Sequence record: SRR31156797_5041
Strand: one strand, 5' to 3'
DNA: 32,850 bases
A program made the translations under genes and the position numbers. The notes beneath the pieces were generated by a model that did not search any database, was not told the origin of the DNA, and worked only from the letters and a program-made list of their open reading frames with translations. Positions 19,492-28,384 of the stretch are shown in pieces (within the stretch, counting starts at the first letter, position 1; every line of letters starts with the position of its first letter).

Positions 19492-22400
19492 ATGGATTTT
19501 GTAAAATTTTCAATTGAAAAGCCCGTATCGGTGCTGGTGGGGGTCATTCTGCTGGTTCTCTTCGGCGGCCTGGCTCTTTCCGGTTTGCCGTATCAGCTTT
19601 CACCCTCTGTAACTGAACCGGAAATTACAGTTGAAACCTCATGGACCGGGGCAACTCCTTATGAGATCGAACGTGATATCATTGAAGAGCAGGAAAAAGT
19701 GCTCAAAGGTGTTACCGGACTTATGGAGATGGAGTCTGAATGCTTTGACAGTTTCGGACGAATTTCACTGCGTTTCAAGATCGGCACCGATATTGATGAC
19801 GCCCTGCTCAGGGTTTCCAACAAACTGAACGAGGTTAAGAAATACCCCTCGGACTCAGACCGCCCGATTATCTCAGCTACCGGTGCTTCTGCATCTCCGG
19901 TTATCTGGATGATATTGCGTACCCTGCCGGACAACAAACAGCATATTAATGAATTTGCCACTTATTTTGAAGATGACGTGCGTCAGTACCTTGAGCGCGT
20001 AGATGGTGTCGCGGACCTGTTCATCGGCGGCGGTACTGAAAATGAAATGCATATCATTATTGCCCCGGAAAAGCTGGCCGCCTACAATTTGACCATTGAT
20101 AAGGTTACCAAAGTATTGCAAAGCGAAAATGCTAACGTTTCTGCCGGTAACCTCGGTGTAGGGCGGCGTGATTATCGCATTCGTACAACTTCGGAATTCA
20201 AGACTCCCGAGGAAATTGAGAGTGTTGTAATCACTTCCTCCGGTCAGCAGCGAGTGACCATTGGCGACGTGGGCAAGGTCGTGCCCGGGTTTGAAAAACA
20301 GACCGTTGCCATGCTCCATAACGGTATTCCCGGTATTGCTGTCGGGGTTAAGCCCGAACCGGGGTCCAACGTTTTGGAAGTGACCAAGAACGTGCGTAAG
20401 GTCGTAGAAGAACTTAACGCAGGTGTCCTTGCTAAAAAGGGCATTTTTCTAGACTGGGTTTATGACCAAGCCCCGTACATTAATGGCGCAATTGATCTTG
20501 TAAAACAGAACATCATCATTGGTGGTGTGCTGGCGGTTATCGTGCTGCTCATCTTTTTGCAGTCGGTTTCCGCTACGATCATTGTTGCTATTGCTATCCC
20601 TATCTCTGTTGTCGGTTCATTTATTGTTTTCGGCGGGTTGGGCCGGACGCTGAACATCGTCAGTATGTCCGGTATTTCATTTGCGGTCGGGATGCTGGTG
20701 GATAACGCCATTGTTGTCCTTGAAAACATTGACCGTCATCGCGGTATGGGCAAGCGTCCTTACCGAGCGGCTTATGACGGAGCCAGTGAAGTCTGGGGTG
20801 CGGTTCTGGCTTCGACCCTGACTACAGTTGCGGTCTTCCTTCCGGTTATCTTTATTGAAGAGGAAGCAGGGCAGTTGTTTAAGGATATCGCCATTGCGGT
20901 TACCTGTGCTATTTCTCTGTCCATGTTTGTGTCCATCTCGGTTATTCCCATGCTGGCCAAGCAGTTTTATTCCCTTTCCAAGCGCAAAAAGAAGGTAAAG
21001 AAGAACATCCTTACTGGAATTGGTGCCAAATTCTCTGATGCAATTATGGGGCTGCTTAGTCTCGCTATCCGTAACTGGGCCACGAGGCTTTCCACTGTGG
21101 CAATTCTGGTGGCGGCTTCGGCCCTACTGGTAATTTCCTTCTTCCCGAAGATGGAATACCTGCCGCAGGGTAACCGGAACCTGATCCTATCCATTCTTAT
21201 TCCGCCGCCGGGACTTTCTTTTGAAGAACGCGATTCCATCGGTGAATATATTGCCGCTCAGACCAAGCCACATATGGAAGCGGAAAAGGACGGCTTTCCA
21301 CAGGTTGAGAGTTTGTTCTATGTATCAGCCCCGGATATCAACCTTTTCGGTGCCATTTCAAAAGACGAGGAACGTCCTGCGGCTATGATTCCGCTTTTTA
21401 ACCGGATCATGAACTCAATTCCCGGTATGTTCGGGGTCAGTATTCAGGCTTCCATCTTTGAGACAGGCCTTGGTAAAGGGCGTATGGTCGCTGTTGATTT
21501 CAGTGGACCTGAATTACCCAAGCTCATGGCTGCTGCCGGAACTATGTTCGGCATGGCACGGGAAGCGATTCCCGGCGGGCAGGTCAGACCTATTCCGTCC
21601 CTTGAAATGCTTTACCCAGAAGTACGCATAGTGCCGGAACGTGATCGTCTGCGTGCGGCCGGTATGTCCAGTCAGGAAATAGGTGAAGCCCTTGACGTGC
21701 TCATGGATGGCCGCAAGATCGGTGATTTCAAGGAAGAAGGTAAAAAGAAAATTGACTTGAAGCTCATGGCTTCCGAAAGTCGGGTCAATACTCCGGAAGA
21801 TCTCTACGAATCTCTTGTGGCGACCCCGCAGGGCTGGGCGGTTCCGGTTTCTTCTCTTTCACATCTGGAGAGGACCTACGGTATTACCCAGATCCGTCAT
21901 CTTGAGCGTCAGAGGACCGTAACTTTGCAGATCACCCCGCCCAAGAGTATGCCTCTTGAGCAGGCTATGGATATCGTGCAGAACCAGCTCATCCCCAAGG
22001 TCAAGGAAATGGGTCTCATGGATGGCGTGAACGTACGTATGTCCGGTGCTGCTGACAAGTTGACCCAGACCCGTGAAGCCATGCAGTGGAATTTTCTGCT
22101 GGCGGTGGTCATCACTTACCTGCTTATGGCGGCCCTGTTCGGGAATTTCATTTACCCGTTCATCATTCTGTTGACCGTGCCGCTGGCAGGTGCAGGCGGA
22201 TTCCTCGGCTTGAAGCTGGAGAACCTGTTCATCGCTCCGCAGCCTCTGGATGTGCTGACCATGCTCGGTTTTGTTATCCTGATCGGGGTTGTTGTTAACA
22301 ACGCGATCCTCATCGTGCACCAGTCCCTGAACAACGTGCGTAACGAAGGAATGGAACACCGCGAGGCTGTGCTGGAAGCAACCCGTTCAAGGCTGCGCCC

Positions 22401-22608
22401 CATCTACATGTCAGCTACAACATCTATCTTCGGTATGCTCCCGCTGGCAATCGCCCCCGGTCCCGGTTCTGAACTTTATCGAGGTCTCGGAGCAGTTGTG
22501 CTTGGCGGTCTGGCCCTGTCTACGGTCTTCACCGTATTCATGATCCCGGCCCTGCTCATGTTCTTCATTAAGATGGAGAAGGTTGGGAGCGGGAAGGCTG
22601 AGGCGTAG
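19492..22608 (+). CDS. RND efflux permease (AcrB/AcrD/AcrF family)
   Basis: 1038 aa with GMLVDNAIVVLENI, GVVVNNAIL and RLRPIYM motifs. Confidence 0.93.
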   Translation: MDFVKFSIEKPVSVLVGVILLVLFGGLALSGLPYQLSPSVTEPEITVETSWTGATPYEIERDIIEEQEKVLKGVTGLMEMESECFDSFGRISLRFKIGTDIDDALLRVSNKLNEVKKYPSDSDRPIISATGASASPVIWMILRTLPDNKQHINEFATYFEDDVRQYLERVDGVADLFIGGGTENEMHIIIAPEKLAAYNLTIDKVTKVLQSENANVSAGNLGVGRRDYRIRTTSEFKTPEEIESVVITSSGQQRVTIGDVGKVVPGFEKQTVAMLHNGIPGIAVGVKPEPGSNVLEVTKNVRKVVEELNAGVLAKKGIFLDWVYDQAPYINGAIDLVKQNIIIGGVLAVIVLLIFLQSVSATIIVAIAIPISVVGSFIVFGGLGRTLNIVSMSGISFAVGMLVDNAIVVLENIDRHRGMGKRPYRAAYDGASEVWGAVLASTLTTVAVFLPVIFIEEEAGQLFKDIAIAVTCAISLSMFVSISVIPMLAKQFYSLSKRKKKVKKNILTGIGAKFSDAIMGLLSLAIRNWATRLSTVAILVAASALLVISFFPKMEYLPQGNRNLILSILIPPPGLSFEERDSIGEYIAAQTKPHMEAEKDGFPQVESLFYVSAPDINLFGAISKDEERPAAMIPLFNRIMNSIPGMFGVSIQASIFETGLGKGRMVAVDFSGPELPKLMAAAGTMFGMAREAIPGGQVRPIPSLEMLYPEVRIVPERDRLRAAGMSSQEIGEALDVLMDGRKIGDFKEEGKKKIDLKLMASESRVNTPEDLYESLVATPQGWAVPVSSLSHLERTYGITQIRHLERQRTVTLQITPPKSMPLEQAMDIVQNQLIPKVKEMGLMDGVNVRMSGAADKLTQTREAMQWNFLLAVVITYLLMAALFGNFIYPFIILLTVPLAGAGGFLGLKLENLFIAPQPLDVLTMLGFVILIGVVVNNAILIVHQSLNNVRNEGMEHREAVLEATRSRLRPIYMSATTSIFGMLPLAIAPGPGSELYRGLGAVVLGGLALSTVFTVFMIPALLMFFIKMEKVGSGKAEA

Positions 22609-22628
22609 GGCATAAGATTAGAATAAAC

Positions 22629-22668
22629 AAAAACAGCCCTGCGAACCACGGTTCGCAGGGCTGTTTTT
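22629..22668. terminator. Bidirectional intrinsic terminator
   Basis: Perfect AAAAACAGCCCTGCGAACC/GGTTCGCAGGGCTGTTTTT inverted repeat. Confidence 0.88.
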
Positions 22669-22686
22669 ATTATTTACCTATTTTAA

Positions 22687-23475
22687 TTACTCAGTCGTTT
22701 CGGGATATTCGATAATGAATGCATAGCAGCGTCCCGGAGTGCGCTGGCGACCGTATGTGCTTACATCATCCATGTAGTCTCCCCAAGTGGGAACCGGCTT
22801 GTTCATTTCGCCAAATCCCATCACACGTTGTCCGAAACCAGAGTGTCCTGAGTCGTTGGGCTGGGAATTGTTGCGCGGGTCTTTGTCCACAACGCCGTCT
22901 CCCAAATCTTTTGCCCAGTTTTCATATTCCCATTTTTCACCGGACAGCCAGCGCCAATTACCGGCAGGTTCGGGAGATCCCTCAGGTTGATAGCCCCCTA
23001 AGAATGGTCCAATTTTGATCTCATGATGATTCATAGGAGATCTGCCGTCGTAGCGTGGAAATTTCCAGAAATATTTTTCATCATTAACCAGACTGAACAC
23101 AAAGTCGTTTTCCTGTTCACTGGTGATGGAAGCCAGATATCCACCAGCATCTTCTGCCAATTTGGCTGCCTGATACCAGTTCAGGTTTGCTTTTTTGACG
23201 AAAATAACTTCATATTTATGGGTTTTTCCATCCACATTGGTGAAGCTTTTCAAGGGCTGTCTGGTTACAGGAACATCTGTTGGAAGGGTGTCCCAAGTAA
23301 AGAATTTATAAGTGCTATCTACCCTGAAATTTATATTGTTGATGGTGACGGTTTTGGTCTCGGATGGGGCAGCCATGGACGGCGGACCATTTCTTCTCAT
23401 GGAATTGCTGTTCGTAGTACAGCCAGTCAGTAGGAAAAAGGTGATTGTCAGTATGGCAAGACGAATTCTTTTCAT
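22687..23475 (-). CDS. Lipoprotein with C-type lectin-like domain
   Basis: Lipobox LTGC and CTLD pattern W.QA...A...GGYLASITSEQEN.FV, FLGG, W.W.SGE.W.Y.NW, QPND, WGD and YAFIIE. Confidence 0.8.
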   Translation of the reverse strand: MKRIRLAILTITFFLLTGCTTNSNSMRRNGPPSMAAPSETKTVTINNINFRVDSTYKFFTWDTLPTDVPVTRQPLKSFTNVDGKTHKYEVIFVKKANLNWYQAAKLAEDAGGYLASITSEQENDFVFSLVNDEKYFWKFPRYDGRSPMNHHEIKIGPFLGGYQPEGSPEPAGNWRWLSGEKWEYENWAKDLGDGVVDKDPRNNSQPNDSGHSGFGQRVMGFGEMNKPVPTWGDYMDDVSTYGRQRTPGRCYAFIIEYPETTE

Positions 23476-23552
23476 AGTGAGCTCCTGTTTTCGGCCTTAA
23501 ATAAATTATCGGTTCAAAACTGATCAAGGTAAGAAGAGTAAATAGTTTTAAA

Positions 23553-24713
23553 CTATCCGTTCTCCCGTACATACTTCTCCAACCGATCCATCCCCTCAGC
23601 CAGATTTTCCATGGAATTGGCATAAGATAGGCGAATGAATCCTTCGGCTCCTTCACCGAAATCAATTCCGGGAGTTACTCCGATTCCAGCCTTTTCGAGG
23701 ATGTCGAAGGCCAATTTCAGGGAGCTTCCATCAAATTTTGCCGCCAGATGTTTCATGTTGACCAGCACGTAGAATGCTCCGGTGGGTTCCACCTTGAGAT
23801 CAAAGCCGATTTCACGCAGCCTTTTGATCAGGAATTTTCGGCGTTCATCGTAAATACCTTTGATGCGGTTGACCTCATCCCATGATTCTGTCAGCGCTGC
23901 CACCCCGGCATATTGGGCCATGGAGTTGGCGGAAATGAAGAAGTTCTGACAGAGCTTCTGCATGGGCCGTATGTATTTTTCCGGGGCGATGATGTAGCCC
24001 AGTCGCCAACCGGTCATGGCGAAGAGCTTGGAAAATCCATTGAGCACAAAAGCGTGGTCCGTGTATTCGAGGATAGTGTGTTCCTTCTCCCCGTAAACAA
24101 GGCCGTGGTAAATCTCATCGGATATAATCCATGGTCCCATTTTGGCGATTTTCTCCATCCGTTCCGGGGAAAGCAGGGTCCCGGTGGGGTTGGAGGGCGA
24201 GTTGATCAGGATCGCTTTGGTGCGTTCGTTGATTGCTTTTTCAATTGCTTCCGGGCGATACTGGAAACCGTCTTCTTCAAAGGTTCGGATACTGTTGGCT
24301 TCAGCCCCGGAAAAGGAAATAAAGTTGCTGTAGCAGGCATAGCAGGGGTCGGAGACAATGATGTTATCACCCTGATCTAAAATAAAGGTGAAGAGCAGCA
24401 GCATTGCCGGAGAGGTTCCTTGGGTGATGATGACCCGGCCCGGATCAACGTCTACGTCGTATGTAGCTTTGTAGTATTTGCTGATTGCCTCGCGTAGTTC
24501 CGGGATACCGAGGCTGTGGGTGTAGTGTGTTTCGCCGGATTCCATGGCCTTGATGCAGGCTTGTTTTACGCATTCAGGGGTGTCGAAGTCCGGTTCGCCG
24601 ATTTCCATGTGGATGATGCTGCGGCCCTGACGTTCCATTTCTTGTGCTTTTTCCAGAACGTCCATGACTAAGAACGGGGTAATCTCACAGGCTCTTTTTG
24701 AAATACAGTCCAT
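23553..24713 (-). CDS. PLP-dependent class I/II (aspartate-type) aminotransferase
   Basis: IGEPDF, YTHSLG.PELR, NSPSNPTG, SDEIY, NGFSKLFAMTGWRLG and IRLSYA. Confidence 0.92.
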   Translation of the reverse strand: MDCISKRACEITPFLVMDVLEKAQEMERQGRSIIHMEIGEPDFDTPECVKQACIKAMESGETHYTHSLGIPELREAISKYYKATYDVDVDPGRVIITQGTSPAMLLLFTFILDQGDNIIVSDPCYACYSNFISFSGAEANSIRTFEEDGFQYRPEAIEKAINERTKAILINSPSNPTGTLLSPERMEKIAKMGPWIISDEIYHGLVYGEKEHTILEYTDHAFVLNGFSKLFAMTGWRLGYIIAPEKYIRPMQKLCQNFFISANSMAQYAGVAALTESWDEVNRIKGIYDERRKFLIKRLREIGFDLKVEPTGAFYVLVNMKHLAAKFDGSSLKLAFDILEKAGIGVTPGIDFGEGAEGFIRLSYANSMENLAEGMDRLEKYVRENG

Positions 24714-24737
24714 TTTTTCTCCAAGAAGGGATATGAT

Positions 24738-24806
24738 GCGCTACGCGCTTTTGTCGGATAGATTTCGCCTCCGGTGGCTTAAGGGACTAAGCCCCTTAAG
24801 AATCCC
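24738..24806. repeat. REP-like intergenic element
   Basis: GCGCTACGCGC mini-hairpin, GCCTCCGGTGG core and CTTAAGGG/CCCTTAAG hairpin (24778-24800). The core is shared with positions 27-36. Confidence 0.45.
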
Positions 24807-24940
24807 TGTTAGGGGGGAGGATTTTGTAAGGCTATATGGTCATATACATTTTGAATCGTTTCAGTGCAACATAGCTGGTCTGAATCTGTTTATCATGCTT
24901 GTGCCCGAGTCTGCGATGAAGTAAATACCCGCCACAGACC

Positions 24941-25492
24941 ATGAACATACTTCTCATCGATAATAACGACAGCTTCACCAACAACCTTGAGCACCTGCTG
25001 GCCCGCGAAATTCTCGGGGCACGGATTGCGGTGCTTCCCTATGCAGACGTTCTGGGGTGCGGAGGCTCTTTTGATTTCAGTGGCTATCAGCTGATCATTC
25101 TTTCCCCCGGTCCGGGGTGCCCTGCTGATTATCCGGGCTATGAGCGAGTGATTGAGTCCGGCCTGCCCGTGTTGGGCGTCTGTCTCGGCATGCAGATCAT
25201 TAATGAATATTTTGGCGGGCGCACCGCAAGGCTGGACGGCTGTTTTCATGGACGTACCGAGCGGATCAATTTTGCCGGACAGAATCTGGCCGTGGCCCGC
25301 TACCATTCCCTTTATTGTACGCAGTTGGGACAGGGGCTTAAGCTACTCAGTGAAAATAGCGCGCATATTCCCATGGCCGTGGCCCATGAAAGTCTTCCTC
25401 TGCTGGGCTATCAATTTCACCCGGAATCATTTTTAACCGAGCAACCCGGAGTTTTCATTGAATTCGCCCTCCATCATTTCGGACTCCTGTAG
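24941..25492 (+). CDS. pabA: Aminodeoxychorismate synthase glutamine amidotransferase subunit
   Basis: LLIDNNDSFT, ILSPGPG.P, GVCLG.Q, RYHS and QFHPES. Confidence 0.85.
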   Translation: MNILLIDNNDSFTNNLEHLLAREILGARIAVLPYADVLGCGGSFDFSGYQLIILSPGPGCPADYPGYERVIESGLPVLGVCLGMQIINEYFGGRTARLDGCFHGRTERINFAGQNLAVARYHSLYCTQLGQGLKLLSENSAHIPMAVAHESLPLLGYQFHPESFLTEQPGVFIEFALHHFGLL

Positions 25493-26747
25493 TTTTGAGC
25501 GCTTCCGGGAAATTGCCTACCATTTTGTGCGTGGGCAGGAAGCGGACGTGCTGCTCGGTGATCCTGAGTTTCCTGATTCGTGTGTGAGTTATTTGGGCAT
25601 TGAGCCACAAGAGGAACTCGTTTTGCAATCCGGTGTATCCGGACCAGACGTCAGCGCAAAAATGAAAGAGTTCTGCTTTACCGGGGATGGACCTGTTCTC
25701 GGCTATCTTTCTTATGAACTCGGGCATGAATTGCGCGGGGTGGAAAGCAATAAAGCTGCGGAGTTTCCGTTGCTGCATCTAAAAAAGTATCGCGCGGTGC
25801 TGGCTCATGACAGTGGGGATTCGTCCCTGAAGTTGATTTGTGTCGACGAAACTTATCGGTCAGCGATAGTTGATTCAATTGCATATCTCGAGAGTGTGCC
25901 GGATGTCGCACTGCCGTCTTTTGGTGAGAGTGAGCTCCGTATGTCTCTGGATAAACAGGGATATGAAGATGGTGTTGCTCGTACGCTTGAGTACATCCGT
26001 GATGGTTTGACTTACCAGCTTAACCTTACCACCCGTTTGACCATGTCGGGTGGGGATCTTGATCCTGTGCTCTGGTTTTTCGCACTCCATAAACGTTATC
26101 CTGCTCCTTATTATGCACTCTTTGGCAGTGGTGGAAAGGTGGTTGTTTCCACCTCTCCGGAACTTTTTTTACGGGTGGAGCAGGGGCGTGTGCTTTCCGA
26201 ACCGATTAAGGGAACACTTCGTTTTGAGGAGTATTCCGAAGAGTTGGTCAGGTCATTGCAGAATTCAATGAAAGAGGATTCTGAGCTTTCTATGATTGTG
26301 GACTTGGTTCGCAACGATATCTCTGCTGACTGCCATTATGAATCGGTGGTGGTAGAGGATCATAAATCAGTATTTGCGGTGGACAATCTTTTGCAAATGT
26401 TCAGCCGGGTGCGCGGGGATCTTGCTGAAGGGCGTGATTGCATTGATTTACTATTGAATTCTTTTCCCGGCGGCTCCATAACCGGATGTCCAAAGAAAAG
26501 TTCCATGGAGCTTATCGATAGGCTTGAACCGCATGTGCGTGGACCGTATTGCGGCAGTATAGTGCTTATCAATGGGCCGCAGGATATGGTTGCTTCCATA
26601 CCCATTAGGACTGCTGTTTATGACCAGAGTACAAAAGAACTGGATTACTGGGCCGGAAGCGGCATTGTTATTGATTCCGACCCTGAAGCGGAGTACAGGG
26701 AAACCATTGCCAAAGCCGGTAAAATCTTAGCTCCGGAGTCCGTATGA
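25458..26747 (+). CDS. pabB: Aminodeoxychorismate synthase component I (chorismate-binding)
   Basis: GYLSYE, YQLNL, SPELFL, PIKGT, MIVDLVRND, FPGGSITGCPK and GSGIV.DSDP..EY.E. Lies between pabA and a class IV aminotransferase. Confidence 0.85.
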   Translation: MNSPSIISDSCSFERFREIAYHFVRGQEADVLLGDPEFPDSCVSYLGIEPQEELVLQSGVSGPDVSAKMKEFCFTGDGPVLGYLSYELGHELRGVESNKAAEFPLLHLKKYRAVLAHDSGDSSLKLICVDETYRSAIVDSIAYLESVPDVALPSFGESELRMSLDKQGYEDGVARTLEYIRDGLTYQLNLTTRLTMSGGDLDPVLWFFALHKRYPAPYYALFGSGGKVVVSTSPELFLRVEQGRVLSEPIKGTLRFEEYSEELVRSLQNSMKEDSELSMIVDLVRNDISADCHYESVVVEDHKSVFAVDNLLQMFSRVRGDLAEGRDCIDLLLNSFPGGSITGCPKKSSMELIDRLEPHVRGPYCGSIVLINGPQDMVASIPIRTAVYDQSTKELDYWAGSGIVIDSDPEAEYRETIAKAGKILAPESV

Positions 26748-27514
26748 TATATTTCAAAAATGGTGAATTGTTCGAAGATGAGGTCCGTCTCGATCTTGCC
26801 CAGCCTGCATTCAGGACCGGGTATGGATTTTTTGAGACACTCTGCTGGAATGGCAAAAATATTTGTCATCTGGATCTGCATTTGGAACGGGCGCGCAAAA
26901 GCCTTGCTGAATTCGGAATTGTTGAAGATCCACTTGATTATGAAGCTGTCATCCGGGGAGTGATCAACGCGAATGGTCTTGAAAATGAATTTGCCCGGGT
27001 AAATATTTTTTTCCCGGTAGAACAGGGTAAGACTCTCCCCCTCATTTGTGCGGCGCCTTTTGAGTATATTCCACGGCGCACTTGGACCCTCAAACCTAAT
27101 CCACATATTTTTCTTACCCCGCTTATGGCCCATAAATCTACAAATCGTATGGATTATCTTAACGCATGGAAAGCTGCACAGGCAGACGGTTTTGATGATG
27201 CGCTTTTACAAGATTTTGAGGGCAATGTGCTCGAGTCTTCCTTTGCTTCTCTTTTATTTAGAGTTGGTGATACTCTTATTGAACCGCAGACTGAATTTAA
27301 ACTTCCCGGTACAGCCCAGAATATCGCGGCTGAGCGTCTTGAAATTGATGCCGCACTGATTCATTTATCCCAGATTGAGCAGTTTGATTATGTTTATGCC
27401 CTAAATTCATTGGGCGGCATGATTCCCGTTAGCGCCATTGGTGATGTGGAATTTGAGCTTGATTTTGCCTTAGCTGATGAAATAAGCGCTGGAATTTTAG
27501 AATTTAAATTATAA
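26744..27514 (+). CDS. pabC: Class IV aminotransferase-fold protein, probable 4-amino-4-deoxychorismate lyase
   Basis: GYGFFET, HLER, HKST (PLP Lys), LPGT and NS motifs. ATGA overlap with pabB. Confidence 0.75.
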   Translation: MIYFKNGELFEDEVRLDLAQPAFRTGYGFFETLCWNGKNICHLDLHLERARKSLAEFGIVEDPLDYEAVIRGVINANGLENEFARVNIFFPVEQGKTLPLICAAPFEYIPRRTWTLKPNPHIFLTPLMAHKSTNRMDYLNAWKAAQADGFDDALLQDFEGNVLESSFASLLFRVGDTLIEPQTEFKLPGTAQNIAAERLEIDAALIHLSQIEQFDYVYALNSLGGMIPVSAIGDVEFELDFALADEISAGILEFKL

Positions 27515-27612
27515 TGTGAAAAGTCTCCACCAGGGTCTATATAGATTGCGAGATGTTCTCTTATAGGGTATATATCAACGTCGCTTTCTGTTTGACAAAT
27601 TACTGTTGACAC

Positions 27613-28317
27613 ATGGTGGGATTCGAAATGGTTGCGAGTAATACTAAATTTACAGTGCTTTCGTGCGGTTCTCTTGATAATCTTGGGCTTCAACAAGGCG
27701 AGAGTGTTAATATTGAATTGTTTCCAACTCAGGAGCGTCTTTGGGGAGAGGTTGTAGGTTTTAAGTCCGGTGTATTCCTTTCTGTATGGCTTCCAGCTTT
27801 AAGAGAAAAAGAATATCAGCGGATTTTGGCCGATGATCCTGATGTTACTGTTCGAGCGAAATGCAAAGGCTGCTTTATATGCGGTTTCCGTTCAACGGTG
27901 ACCAGAATTATGAAATATCCTTACCCTCTTCTATATCTGAGCTATCCTGAGTCTTTTGAGAAGGTCAGCTTACGCAAGAACGAGCGTGTAGAGTGTTTTC
28001 AGCCGGTAGGCATTCTTTTTCGAGGAACAGAGTTGCAAGGGGTCTTTAAAGATATTTCAAAATGTGGAGGGAGAATATCATTCACCCTTCCTGATGGTAA
28101 CATCTTTTTCAATATGGGGCAGGACCTGAAGGCTGATTTTTGTTTCAATATGAATGGGGATGGTCCTGAGATCAGTGGAGTCGGAGTTATTCGTAATATG
28201 GTCAGTGGGTCGACCAATGTTTCCATCGGGCTCAAGTTTATGAAGTTAAATAATGGTGCAGAGGCGTTGTTAGATCAAGTGATCAAATCATTTAGCCTGC
28301 ATGCCGGATCTGTTTAA
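27613..28317 (+). CDS. PilZ-domain (YcgR/flagellar-brake-like) c-di-GMP-binding protein
   Basis: RKNER (RxxxR) and DISKCG (DxSxxG), an N-terminal PilZN-like region, and IGLKF. The start could be 27628. Confidence 0.8.
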   Translation: MVGFEMVASNTKFTVLSCGSLDNLGLQQGESVNIELFPTQERLWGEVVGFKSGVFLSVWLPALREKEYQRILADDPDVTVRAKCKGCFICGFRSTVTRIMKYPYPLLYLSYPESFEKVSLRKNERVECFQPVGILFRGTELQGVFKDISKCGGRISFTLPDGNIFFNMGQDLKADFCFNMNGDGPEISGVGVIRNMVSGSTNVSIGLKFMKLNNGAEALLDQVIKSFSLHAGSV

Positions 28318-28332
28318 ATAGTTTTTAACGAT

Positions 28333-28367
28333 GCAGCCTCAGCAAAGATAGCCAAGGCTGCTTTTTT
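28333..28367 (+). terminator. Intrinsic terminator
   Basis: GCAGCCT/AGGCTGC stem plus TTTTTT between convergent genes. Confidence 0.65.
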
Positions 28368-28384
28368 AAGCGTAATATTAAAGT

